64,000 bases of DNA from the human T2T-CHM13v2.0 reference genome, Homo sapiens (GCF_009914755.1 NC_060947.1); one strand, 5' to 3'. Positions 13,545 to 27,558 are shown, counted from the first letter of the stretch. Made by a program: numbers and translations. The notes: generated by a model not told the origin, from the sequence alone.

Positions 13545-15000
13545 ATAATTTAACACTGTGATAAATGTTATGAAGGAAATGTATAGGAAGGTATATAACA
13601 AGGTTATCTAATTTGGATTGGGTTAGGAATATCAGATAAGGTTTATCTGAAGTTATGACATTTGAACAGAGAACTGAAAGATAAACAGAAATAAGCCAGG
13701 CAAAGATAGGTTATAAGGTGAAGGGGGGTAGCAGAGGATTTCAGTGGCAGGACTAGCTAGCAACAAGGTCTGCTGTGGAAAAGTTCTTAGAGTGATTGGG
13801 AACAGAGAAAAGGCTAGCATGGTTAGAATGCAGTGATCAAGGGAGAGAGTATCATAGATGGGACTGGGAAGGTAGGCAGGAATCAGATAATGCATTGCTT
13901 CACTAGATTTCTTTGTGAGATTGGAATTCTTGAACAATTTTTAGTCGAGTGACATGATCCATTTTATGTTTTAAGATCACTCAGATTGCTACATGGAGAA
14001 CAACTGTTGATGGGACTGGAGGGCTAATAGATGTTTGGAAATCAATTAGGACACTATTACAATGTTACCGGTGAGAGATGATGTTGGTGTGGACTAAGAG
14101 TAGTGGCAGAGATGGAGAGAAATGAATTGAAGTTGATATATTCAGAGATAGAATTGATATCTATCTATCAATTCTAGATAGGTTTGGTGATGGATTATAG
14201 AAGGAAGCATCAATAATAACTTTCTGGTTACTAGTTTGTGAATTGAATACATGCTTACACCACTCACAGGGATGGGAGACTCCTGGGATAGGGCCAGATT
14301 TGGAGGAGAGAAGTAATGATCACATCAACTTTGTGCAAGAGTATTCCAATATGGCAGTGGCTGTCAAGTAGGTAGTTAAATATACTGATCTGGAACTCAG
14401 AAGAGACATCTAGGCTAGAAATACAAATTTAGATGCCATCAGCATGTAGGTGGCATTTAAAAGCATGAGAGTGGGTAAAATCATGTAGAGGAACAGTCCA
14501 GACGGAGAAGAGAACCCAGAATGGAGCCCTGAGAATTCCTCTTTTTGAGATCATGTAGAAGAAAAATAACCAGCAAATGAGGAGGTGATAGAGAGGTAGG
14601 AGAAAAACCCTGAGTGTATAGGTTCATGCAGGTAGGGAGAGGAGAATGTTTTAAGAAGGAGAACTTAGTAAACTATGCTGAAGACTGTTGAGGGGAGGAG
14701 TAAGCTGAGGACAAAGACGGGTTCATTGTATCTGATAACATAGAGGGCAGTGATGACCTCAGTAAAGACACTTTTGGTAGAGTGATGAGTGCAGAAGCCA
14801 TATTGGAGTGAGATAAAGAAATGAATAAAAGGTGAAGAAGACACTATATGTAGATAATTCTTTGGAGAAGCCTGGCTCTGGAAGAAAATAGATTTGATGA
14901 GAGCTGGAACAAGAAGCTTAAAGGAAGATGTTTGTTTTACAATGTAAATAAAAGAAAATGTTTGAATACCGTTAGAAGGATTCATTAAAGAGGGAGAAGT
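13545..15000 (-). mobile_element. L2 LINE, long degenerate fragment
   Basis: L2-type purine-rich text (gacatgatcc.ttt.atgttttaagatcactc.gattgct; ctggaactcagaagagacatctaggctaga); resumes after 15397. Confidence 0.75.
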
Positions 15001-15025
15001 CTTCATTAAAGGGGTCTTCTTTAAA

Positions 15026-15397
15026 GACCCGGCACTCTCCACGCTTGGCTCTCATTTCATTTCTCCACTTGGTTTGCCCTGTGGACCAAGGTCCCTGGGA
15101 ACCTTGGGTATGCTTCCCCCGCCCCTACCCCAAATCAGCAGTCCCCACTTCAGGCAGCTTCTCATGCATCTGGGTTCCTATTGTCCCCAAGGGAACTGGA
15201 TGCACACCATGCAAAGCCCTCCAGTCCAACCCTGTCACCTTGCTCCTGCCCCCATGGAGCCTAGCTCTGCCAGGACTAGTGCTTAACTTAGCCTAAGCAG
15301 GCTCATTAGGTCAGTTTCAAGGAAGTAGTTCTGGCTAGAATGAACCAAAAAACAGGTGGCAGCTTTGGCAGGAGGATGCAGTGGAGACTACAGGTTG
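15026..15397 (+). repeat. 372-bp direct duplication, inserted copy
   Basis: Colinear with 16825-17196; 6 substitutions and no indels by manual comparison. Confidence 0.97.
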
Positions 15398-15698
15398 AAG
15401 ATGCAGGGATATGGATGTATTCCCTGCAAAGGCAGGAAGGCCCATGGTCCAGAGCACATGTGAAGAGTGTGTCTTCTGATCAGAGTGACACTTACACTGT
15501 GACAAATATGTACTGAACACCTACTATGTTCTTGGTTTTATTTCAAGTCCTAAGGATCCAACAATGAGTAAATCATGATCCTTGCCCCCCATGGAGCTTG
15601 CAATCTGATGAGAGAGATAAGCAATTAAATAGACAATTATAATTAGGTTGATTAATGCTATAAGCACAGGGTCCTGTGGAAGCACTAGGAAGAGGCAC

Positions 15699-16137
15699 TG
15701 TTATGGGTTGAGTTGTGTCTCCCAAAGAAAGATATGTTGGAGTCCTAATGCCTAGTATCTCAAAATGTTGTCTTATTTGGAGGTAGAGTCTTTGCAGAGG
15801 CAATCAAGTTAAAATGACATCATTAGAGTGGGCCGTAATTCAATACAACTGGTGTCCTTATAAAAGCAGAAATTTGGACACAGACACAGACACGCACAGA
15901 AGGAGAATGCCATGTGAACAGGAAGAGACTGGGAACATAGAAGCCAAGAGACACCAAAGACTGCCAGCAAGTCACTAGAAGCTAGGAGAGAGGCATGGAA
16001 CAGATTCTTCCTTACTGGAACCAACCCTGCCTTGATGTTAGACATCCAGCCTCCAGAACTATAAGAAAATGAACTTATGTTGTTGAAGCCACTCAGTTTG
16101 TGGTACTTTGTTATGGCAGTCCAAGAAAACTAAACCA
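15699..16137 (+). mobile_element. MaLR solo LTR (MLT1C-like)
   Basis: tgttatgggttga...ca termini; ggtgtccttataaaag; gacatccagcctccagaact; 5-bp TSD ggcac/ggcat. Confidence 0.85.
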
Positions 16138-16824
16138 GGCATTTAAACCTATTCAGGGTGTGGTGGTCAGGTTAAGGGAAGACTTCCCAGAGTAGGTGTT
16201 ATTTGTGCTGAATCAAGATAAATAAGTAAGATTTCATGGGTAGAGCCTGGGGAAGACATTCCATGTAAAGCGATCATAGTTTGCAATATCTAGGAAGTGA
16301 AAGGGAGTATAGATGGCTAAGCTACTGCAAGTAATCCAGTGTGTCTGCATGTAGAGCATGTGGGCAATGGTGGTAACAACTGAGACCTGAGAAGCTGGAG
16401 CTTCTATTCATGAAGGGCCTTCTATTCCCAGCCAAGGAATTTGGACTTTATCCCGAAGCCAAGTGGGTGACCTTTAAATGTTCATTCCCCCCTCCACTAT
16501 TCACCCACCTTACTTCATTTTTCCAGGAAGCCTTCTCTTACATTTATTGTGGCACTTCTCACACAGAACGATAAACAAGAATTCGCTTCTTGGTTTCTTC
16601 CAACACATAGTAAGCTCCTTGAAGGCTGAGATGATGTCATGTTTGCTGAGATAGATATGTCCAGTGCCTGGAAAGTGCTTGGCATATAGTAGGTCCTCAA
16701 TAAATGATTGTCTGGTATGTTATTTGTGACTGCATTGGGATTTCCTGGATCTCTTCAGGGTGATATTCCAGGACACGCCACATTTTCCCTTGACTCTGCT
16801 CTCCTCTTCCTTCCTCTCACGGAT

Positions 16825-17196
16825 GACCCAGCACTCTCCACGCTTGGCTCTCATTTCATTTCTCCACTTGGTTTGCCCTGTGGACCAAGGTCCCTGGGAA
16901 CCTTGGGTATGCTTCCCCCGCCCCTACCCCAAATCAGCAGTCCCCACTTCAGGCAGCTTCTCATGCATCTGGGTTCCTATTGTCCCCAAGGGAACTGGGT
17001 GCACACCATGCAAATCCCTCCAGTCCAACCCTATCACCTTGCTCCTGCCCGCATGGAGCCTAGCTCTGCCAGGACTAGTGCTTAACTTAGCCTAAGCAGG
17101 CTCATTAGGTCAGTTTCAAGGAAGTAGTTCTGGCTAGAATGAACCAAAAAACAGGTGGCAGCTTTGGCAGGAGGATGCAGTTGAGACTACAGGTTG
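16825..17196 (+). repeat. 372-bp direct duplication, probable donor copy
   Basis: About 98% identical to 15026-15397; no junction filler seen here. Confidence 0.97.
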
Positions 17197-17355
17197 GGGC
17201 AATGAAGTGGCTGGGTTTGACAGGTAGGTAGGGTCAGATAATCAGAGCAATCTCCAACTAAGCCAAATTTGACCCATGGGATCCCCGTTGAAGAAGGCAA
17301 AACAGAGTACTAAAAAAGGAAACCAGGAAGAATGATGGTCAAGGCAAGATGTTAG

Positions 17356-18593
<1,238 letters not shown>

Positions 18594-18709
18594 AAAAAGT
18601 ACACCCTTTAATGCCAGGCATTTCAACAAGCATAAACACACTTCAGCCTGAGCAATCTTACACACACACACACACCCCACAGATGCAAAGTGATGACACA
18701 CAGACCCAC

Positions 18710-19040
18710 GCCAGCACTGGCAGAACTAAGTGTGGAATGGTTGGCAGATACTGTCACACCTGATCTGTTTGCAATTGGCAGGGAAAGTGTGATTCTCTTT
18801 ATGTGTGCAAGTACCAAATAATAGCCTCATTCATTCAAGTAGCCAAGTACTTTTCACTGTAATTGTTTCAAATGTATAGCTTTCTGTCTTGTAATACCAA
18901 GTGAACTTGATACAATTTAACTTTTTCTGGATGATTCCAGGACATCTTTATGCATACTAATTACTGTGGGCTGGGCTGAGAGATAGAGTGCTGTTAAGTG
19001 CTGTCTCGAGGTGTATTGGACTCTATTGCTCCACGAAATG
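18710..19040 (+). repeat. Old ~320-bp paralogous block, copy 1
   Basis: Shares colinear blocks with 19933-20245: tggttggc.gatactgt.acacc.gatct.tttg, taattgtttcaaa, ccaagtgaac.tga.acaattt, tgattccagg.catcttta. Confidence 0.85.
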
Positions 19041-19932
19041 CCTCAGTGTAAATATCCTATTTACACAGAGACACATTACCCTTATATATGCACAGAAACA
19101 CATAGGTATAAACACACACACACACATATCTTTCATGTAAATGTCTCCATACAAAATGCATACACAAATCATACTGCATAGACACACACATTGAAGTTAC
19201 TCAAAAGCTACCTATACACTCTTTGCAGCTAGGTTCATAAGTAACTCCCTTTCCTATAGCCAATAACCTGCTTCTTTTGTCATTCTCCTTTCTTCCTTTG
19301 CATGCTAATTATTGGGATTAAGGAGTTAGCACCTCATTCACTGAGTTGATGGTGTTAATTGGTCGCATCTGACTTAGTTAAAAGAAGGCATTTTGACTAC
19401 AAAGAACTTCACTGGGAGATGGGCATAGGGCGAGTTATTAAAAGCAAGTGCATAACAGCTCCTTGGGAGGTCATTATTTTGTGCTTCTCCCCCCACCCCC
19501 CAGAAGTATGTTTATTATTGGTAGCAAGGTGAGAAGAAATTCCCTGACTTCATTAGAAACCCAGAAAAAGAACTTTTATTTGCCAATATCTTACTTTCTT
19601 GCTGGAACACATTTCTTCTGGAGGGTGCTATGGCAAAATGGCCTGGCCCAAGCATACTTTTTGTCTAAAGGGAGCGGTAACAAACTCCCTGGGGCTTCAG
19701 GGCTCATCCTAGACAATACTCCCGCCGCTCCCCGCCTCCACACTCACACACAGCAAAACAGCCACCTCATTAACTCAAAGTTGGAAGTAACTCAGACACC
19801 ACCAAACTACTTGTATTCACGTGTGCACCACCTCAGGGAGGGGAAAAGAAAAGTTTCACAAACATTTGACTAGTATCTATTTTATATGCATATAAACAAT
19901 GTGCTCATCAAAAACCTTTATCTGTTCATTGA

Positions 19933-20245
19933 GCCAGGCTGGCAGAACCCAGTGTGACATGCCTTGGTTGGCGGATACTGTAACACCAGATCTATTTGGC
20001 ATTGGTCAGGAAGGAGATGTTTGTAAGTGCATGTCCCAAATAATAGAAGTGTCCCTTGCAGTACTAATTGTTTCAAACGGATAGGTCTCTGTGTTTTCAT
20101 GCCAAGTGAACCTGACACAATTTGCCTTCTTCAGGTTGATTCCAGGCCATCTTTAAGGACATTAATCATTGGGTCGGGCTGAGATGTGTAGTGTCTTTAG
20201 GAGCAATCTTGAGGTGTATCAGACTGTTTAATTATCCAGTAAATG
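19933..20245 (+). repeat. Old ~320-bp paralogous block, copy 2
   Basis: Diverged direct copy of 18710-19040, with indels. Confidence 0.85.
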
Positions 20246-21889
20246 GCCGCAGGCTGTTTTTTTTTTTTTTTAAGAACTATTCTGTCTTATATCTAAAGTT
20301 TTTACTTACTGATAACATTGTTTATGCCTCCAGTAGTCCATTGACATTTTCTCTTCTATCCTAGGCTCAGAAAATAAGCTGAGTTACAATTGTGTATAAA
20401 GTAGGATTGTGAACCTTAGGGGGTTTTTCTACAAGCACTCTGGATGAGGTTTGGGGCAGAGATTTTGTATCATCTCTTTTGGCTCTCCTAAGGTCTTTAA
20501 AGGTTATTTATTAGTTTTAGCTCTGTGAGTACTAGACAATTATGATTTCCAGGAAGGGGACCTTTAGATAAGTAATATATCAGTGTAGTTAGGGTTAGTA
20601 TAGATAAAGTAAACCTTATTAATTTGGACTTCACTAGCTCATGACAGGGGACTGCTTTATTTATAGACTAGGCTTTGGAGTTTACCATTCCACCAGCTAC
20701 AAAAAGAAAGGATATGCTTGGTAAACTAATACCTTAAACAAAATTACAGGGGTAATATAGGTTTCATTTACATGTGAAACATTGATTATATTTCTCTATT
20801 TATTAATATTGATGCCATTAAGCCATCTACTTGATAATACAATTCATTGTTTATATTTGGAGGTAACAATAGCAAACAATAACATCTCAATTAATCAATC
20901 CATTAAGTAGGAATTTCATTTGATTAAAGTTAGCCTGAGTACACAGAGACATAGAAGACTAATGGAAGCTCTCAGTCCTTGACTAGCAGCAGTGGCAGCT
21001 GAAGAAATGAGACAGCCTAGCTAGTTTCTTTTAATGGAGGAAGCTAAAGGTCTGTAGTATCTTCAGCTCAGCAATAACCAGTGTAGGGTCAAATCCCAAG
21101 GAAACAGAAGTACACTTGCAAACTTGAGTGAGCCACAACCTCCCCTTGGAGTATGGCTGGAATTGAGTATTGTTTCTGATGTTATTCTGTGAAGGAAGTT
21201 TCTGAATAAGAAGAGTCAATATTAATAGAGGTGTTACTTTATAACTTTGAAAGATATCCTGACTTTTCAGTAAGTCAGGCTGGTCTTCCCACTGATTAAT
21301 AATAGATAGGCTGGTACCATGCTAAGTGTGTTATATATATATTATTTCATTTAATCTCTGTGAACTTTGCAGGTGGATATTATTTCTATCACGTAGGTAA
21401 GAATTCACTTGACTACATTAGTGAATGATCATTAAGTTTCAAGCCCAATTCTAACTTCAGAGCCTGCTTCCTTAACCACTACCATATACTGTAATTACTC
21501 AGGAGATAGGATAACACAAATAGTCTAGGGTGCTATAATAGGTATGTGTCAGCAACTAAGCTGAGACTTGGGGTAAGGGGCTCTCCCAAACCCTACTTAC
21601 TTACCCTCGAAGCCCATACGGAAATGACCTTCAACTAGCTCAGTCTGATATAATGATGATGACAAGATACATGAAAGAGAAAGAACAATATAGGCATCTT
21701 AATTTCTAAAATAATTATCTTTGGGGTCACATATACATTGAGTTGTTATTCAATGTTGGGAACTGTGACCAAGGCCAAACTGGAAACATGCTTTAACTTT
21801 CAGGAACAAAACTATCAAGGTCAGTTAATCGGTCTTGCACTAGCTAGTATTGGTGGTGAAATGCATGCTAGTTTCATATCACTGCAAAA

Positions 21890-22575
21890 ATCAATGGCCA
21901 TTGTTTAGAGCAAAATATCAATATAAAATATTGCATAAAATGAATTTGCAAGTTAGATACTTCATGTATTAAGAGATGCTTATGGGGGCATGAATAATCT
22001 CAAGAGCAAAAATTGGGACTGCTATGAAAGGTTTAGGGAAGGTCTCCATGATGATGCATGACTGGGTCATCTAGTCATCCACAGGACAGATGGAAATATT
22101 GAAAAGGTCAGAGATTTGCTTCATTAAATGTCTTTATGTCTTGCAACTGCGAGAATGATGTCTGAAGAATCCAATTTGGATGAAGAAGCTGACTTGATCT
22201 GGAAGAAACCCTAAACACAAGCAAAGTTTCTATAAAGATGTCAATTCATTTTAAGTGATGAATGAAAACAGAAAGTTTGACATTTGTTTTGAACTTTCCA
22301 GGGAAGCTCAACAGAAAAAGATGTTCTTGAGTAAAATAGTAACCAGGGAGGAAAATGGTTTTTCTGGTGTGATTAAGAAACAAAAGTGTTAGAATCTTCA
22401 GAGGCAAACTTCGGTCTGCCAGAGACCCCAAGATAAGCGCAGAATCCAACTACAGATGAGGATAATGGAGTTGTGCTATTTTTCCAACAACCATGGCACT
22501 GTCATGTAGAATTCACCTCTCAAAGGTAGTCAGACTAATAGGATAGACATTCTGAAGCACTGGCAGAATTATGTG
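21890..22575 (+). mobile_element. Mariner (TcMar) transposase fossil
   Basis: Broken frames give LEQNINIKYCIK, LRDAYG...YERFREG.HDD, RTDGNIEKVRDLL, TARMMSEESNL, FLSKIVT(REE), W..CD*ETK, matching the mariner HTH domains and the IVTGDETW region. Confidence 0.85.
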
Positions 22576-24699
22576 GTTGACTTCTTCACCACCACAGTGT
22601 TATGAATGATACATCACTTGTGTAATTTTCATTGTGCTTAGGCCACTCAATAATTCTTGTGGGTTCGGCTCTGTCCTAGGTTCTTGGAACAATCATAGTT
22701 TGGCACAGAAGAAATATTAGAAATTCAGGCTTACTCTGACCTTGTCATCTCATGACTTTACTTGGGATCCTACTTAATTTCCTATAACTCTTCTAGAACC
22801 CAAATCTCATATTTGGTCCCCCAATTAACACTCGAGATCCCTGAGAGTAGGATTCTGGTTTACCTCTCTACAAGTCTTTTTAATCCTTACTTGAATACTA
22901 TATTTCTATCTGCTCTTGGGTTTTCTGGACTCCCTCTGCCTATTTCTTGCCTTAACCTCTATTATTGCCACTGCCATGTCACCCTGACAATTTGTCACCT
23001 GCTTGAGCATGCTCCATAATACTTAGACCCATCTTAGAGTTAGTATCACACTGACTTGTCTGTTTAACTTTCAGATCCTGGCCTTCTCTGATTTGGCCCA
23101 AGGGCCTGAACTGCACTTAAGAACTTGTAACTAAAACTGATAGTTAAAGAATCTAACTTAGTTGAATGGTATGACTCAACTTAGTCTCCAAAGTTATTTA
23201 TTACAGCAATCTCGGAAAGACTCTTGGCTATTTGTAGCATGCAAATCTATTCTCAAAAGATGAAAGTTAACCTCAGCTAAGGAGGACCAAAAGTCTGTGT
23301 CGAAGGATCTAAAAAATATACTCGAAAAGAGTCCCAGTGTTTTTTTTAAAACATCAGTGGAAAAAGTGTGTAGTTTCCCAGGGAACTTCTGTGAGAGGAA
23401 AACTCTCATTTGGATTATAAATTCTGATGGATTTGTCACACAATTATTCCTGTCACTTTGCTATTACTGTGAAACAGAGTTTGATATCAGCTTTGTTAAA
23501 CTCCAATCTTGACCATGCAAAGAGTATTGAGACCTTATAGTCCCCACGCTGTATTTGTGTCTTCATTCATATTTATGCCAGCAATAATCTTGCACTACAG
23601 ATGAAGTTGGGGATGGAAGGTAAACTTGAGGAGCCTGTAGAGCTTGAGAAGAGGAAGAAACAGATTATGCATTAAAATTTAGAAATCTTGGAGACCCTGC
23701 CAGGATACTCTGAATATAGTTTGCCTCTATTTTTGGTTTGTACTACAGTTGACCTATGCACCCCACTCTGAATCCCAATTCATTTGGCTGGGATCCTGAT
23801 ACCTGCCTAACTCTTGGAAGTTCCTTCTTCCTCAGGTCCTGGACTCTACCTCTAGGTCCTTTCTCTGGAGTTCTACTTCTAGGCACGCTACTCTGCAATT
23901 TAATTCTAGCTTTTCTCCTGAAAATGATTAGCCCTACTGCCCAGAGAGCCACTTTGCCTTCCTCCTTCCCAGCCTGGCCCTTTGGTATAGCAATGCTAAT
24001 ACAGACAGTCCCCTGATGTTGAGGCAGATACTGTTGGCAACTTTCTTTTAGACCAGGCCCAAAACCCACTTTGCCTTTTCTTGTATCAGACTTGCCTGTT
24101 CCAGGTTTCCTCTCCCTCTTTCCTGAGCAGCTGCTGAGGTACTAGCAAGCCATCTGGCTGAAACAGCAGGGTTAAAGTACAAATTGAAACTGGAGCTCTT
24201 CTAATCTAGTATGACAGTTTGTACTGATCAGGTTAATGGGGATAATTTCTCTTTGGCTTGTACAGAGACATGAAAATTTAATCTGATCTGCTATTAATTA
24301 CTCTGTCCAATCATTAACATAGTGTTTCACTAAATAAAGAAAAATCTATTCACACGGCAGAGGCAAGCGTTATCAACCAACGCACGGTAATAGAAAAGTA
24401 TTGCCTTTTGTGTCCAGCAGGGAAGCTGTGCTACCACTGTAAGTAGGACATGTACTTTGACACGTTTCTCACCATTAGGGATGGACTGTCCTAAGCCAAA
24501 CAATCTCTTCCAGTTCCCTCTGGGGGATTACACACATTTGTGAGATGATCGGCAGGGGATACTAAGGTGCACTGTGGTTTTGGGAACAGAGTGAAACTAA
24601 TTGGCTCACAGGAAGATTAAATAATCACATCTCTAGTGAGAGCAACAAAATGCCCTATCAAATAAATGAAATGACTCTAGATGGCTCTTTTCCCTTCTT

Positions 24700-25310
24700 T
24701 TATTAACAAGTATTTATTGAACAATTATTCAGTGTTAAGTGGCTGTGCTGGGTGCTGAGGATGCAATATTCAAACAAAACTGACACAATCCTACCTTTGC
24801 GAAGTTTCTAGTGCAAGTAGGGGAGAATTATATATATAATATATGTATTATATATACACATATATATGTATATATGTGTACATATATACACATACATACA
24901 TGTGTGTATATATGTATATATATAGTCAGATAATTATTTGATTGCAGTTGTGAGAAATTTATAATGAAAGAGAGTCAGGGTGCTCTAAAAGTATATCATA
25001 AAGGGACTAGATATACCCCAAAAATTAGCCAGATGAAAAGTGGGGTGAGGAAAAAGAAAAAATAGCATGTGTGAAGGTACTGACGAGGCAAGTGGGTCAG
25101 GAACTTAAAGCCGGGGGGGGGAAAGTTTAGAGAGCAAGAAAAATGCAAAAGATGAGACTGGAGATTTAGGCAAGGGTTTATATCTGTGTAGGCCATGAAT
25201 GGATTATGGATGGACTACATGTCATTAGAGCTTGTGACAGGTAATCATGGCCACTTCCATGGAGCATTTGGGCTTTATTTTAAGGACAATGGGAAGTCAT
25301 TGAAGGTTTC
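24700..25310 (-). mobile_element. L2 3' fragment containing a (TA/CA)n microsatellite at about 24829-24924
   Basis: caagtatttattgaac...ctgtgctgggtgctgaggatgc...aatgggaagtcattgaaggttt. Confidence 0.65.
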
Positions 25311-25806
25311 TAGGTTTAGTTGATCTTGGGCTAGTAGATATTTTTTTAAGTTTCCCAATGGCCAACACACTAAACATACCCCTGGACCTGTTTCAGAAAC
25401 CTGGACTCAAAACGAAACAAAAGACATGTATGGATGGAGCAGGTAAGGCATTTCTACTCTGCATCTGCACAGAAGTCTAAGCAGAACCCCTGAGAGGCTG
25501 AAGAGTAATTACATTTCTACTCTGGATCTGTGTCTTAACCACAAGGAGTGTGTTCTGCAGGCTCTATTTCATAATTGAAGGTAATTACAGAAGTTAAAAC
25601 TAGATTAGAGACAATTAGACCCTATACAACAGGGAACTCTGTGGGTGGTCAGGAAGGGAGTAGGGAGAACCAGCTGGGAAAGTGTTTCCCCAAGTACTTG
25701 GCATCCTTTGACTCATTGTAAGCAGAGGTTTTTGAGGTGTCTGTTAATGCTTCTGGTGCCTTTTTACAATTTGAGAGTGTTGGCCGGTGAAGTGAAGTAA
25801 ACACAT

Positions 25807-25807
<1 letters not shown>

Positions 25808-25837
<30 letters not shown>
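25808..25837. repeat. (CA)n microsatellite
   Basis: Read directly. Confidence 0.95.
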
Positions 25838-25838
<1 letters not shown>

Positions 25839-26897
25839 CACTGACAACCAGTCAAGATTACCTTTTTCCTCAAGCCAAAGGGCTTCATAGGCCAAGAGCC
25901 AATAAATAGAAGCAAAGGGGAAAAAAATGTAAGGATTGCATACAATTAACTTATTTGAGCAACTGTTTTTTGTCCTGTTCTGGATCTAGAGACTGTGGGG
26001 GAGGCATGGTAAGCATATGATCTTGCCTTTAAGGTGCTTCCATGTGTATTTGAGAAGTTTGATATGGCTGGAGAATATATCAAAGTGGGAGAAGGGGAAT
26101 GGTGAGGGGTGGGCTCAAGAGATGTCCAGAGGCCAGGCTAAGGAGCTCCGACTCCATCCAGGAGCACTGGGGAACCAAGGAGGATGATAAACAGGGAAAG
26201 GACAGGATCGTGTTTGGACTCCAGAAAGATCCATCTGGCCACTGTGGGGTGGGTAGATGGGGAGTGTGGCAAGGAGCAAGGTTGGGGGGCTCAGTTGAAG
26301 CTGCTTGTGGAGGGAACTGGGGGTGTCTAAGATCATGAGGAGAATGGTGGGGAGGAGAGGCCAGTGCAGAGAGAAAAAGGTGACTTATTTTAGTCTCTTT
26401 ATTCAGTACACACCCATTGCTTTGATTAGCCATTGATTCATTTAATCAACAAATAATTATTTTGCATCTACTCTGTGTAGAGCACCATGCTAGGAAAAGT
26501 TAAAAGGAATTTTATTTCAGTCTGTGATGGACCTGATTAAGTGTTCAAGTGAGTGGAATAGTCAATAACCACTCTAGGATGTTAGAGACAGTTCTGATCA
26601 GTGATGAAAGTGGATGATCTCAGAAACAACAGAAGGTGAAGTGTAGCAGTTGGAATGCACATGAACACTGAGAAGCACAGTGAAGGGCGCTGCTAGACAG
26701 AAGCTAAGAGGGTGTAATAGGAAGGACTGGAGGATAAGGGATGGGTAGGGTATAGCGACTATGTGTGTATGTAGGTATGTTTGGGGAGTGTGTGTGTATA
26801 CACATGGACACAAGTATATAATGCAACCAGAAAACCTTAGGACCAACAAATATTTCTATAACGTGCGTACCCACACACACATGCATGCACGGAGGTG

Positions 26898-26939
<42 letters not shown>

Positions 26940-26940
26940 A
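26898..26940. repeat. (GA)n microsatellite
   Basis: Read directly. Confidence 0.95.
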
Positions 26941-27053
26941 TGAGAGAATTTTGTGCCATGTAGCTGTTGCTACAAGCTTGATTCTTTCTAATTTCCCCTT
27001 AAAAGGCATCTATACATGGTGGTGTAGCCTGATGGAGTCACATTTGTTTTGGT

Positions 27054-27124
27054 AAATTTACTCTTTCCATGCAGGGTTAAACTTTAAGATCCCAAGAGCA
27101 TTCGGCTGTAGAACCTGAAGGAGG
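27054..27124 (+). pseudogene. OR 5' stub (splice acceptor plus first codons), inverted paralog of 27534-27604
   Basis: cagggttaaactttaagatcccaagagcatt vs reverse complement cagggataaacctgaagatcccaagagcatt (28/31), with homology extending on both sides. Confidence 0.6.
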
Positions 27125-27194
27125 GCGCTTGCTTTGGTCATTTCCCCTGGAATGAGGGAGCAGCAGTGGTCTGAACCCCTAAGTACTCAGCCTA

Positions 27195-27558
27195 CTACCT
27201 GGCCTCCTTCAGAGAAGCACAGGCTGCTGGGAACAGGGACTCCCTGGGGATGACGAGCGCCCACTGACTCATGAGCCTCCTCGCAACCTTTTTAATGTCC
27301 TTGCTTTTCAAGCTGTAGACGATGGGATTGATCATGGGGTTGAGCACAATGGAAGCTCAAGGAAGAAGACACTAAACACAAAGAAGTACATGGGGGTTTG
27401 GAGATTTCAGTCAATGAAAATGACTCTAAAGATGAGAATGTTCCCCAGCAAGGCAACTATATAGATTCCCAGAAATATCCTCAAAATGAAAAACTGTAAC
27501 CCATGGAGACTCCCAAATCCCAGAAGGAGAAATCCTCCTTTAGGTCCTAAAGTGCAAT
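27195..27558 (-). pseudogene. Olfactory receptor pseudogene with TM2-TM7 internal deletion
   Basis: Minus strand reads GFLLLGFGSLHGLQFFILRIFLGIYIVALLGNILIFRVIFID*NLQTPMYFFVFSVFFLE, joined near 27353 to IVLNPMINPIVYSLKSKDIKKVARR. Confidence 0.92.

Noticed and set aside
16708-17095. ORFs of 111-125 aa repeated in both duplicated copies
   Set aside because: Shared only because the duplication is recent; no protein similarity recognised
18710-20245. Duplicated coding exons (a W..P...Y.V pattern in one minus frame)
   Set aside because: Stops in both copies, indels, and no clear third-position bias
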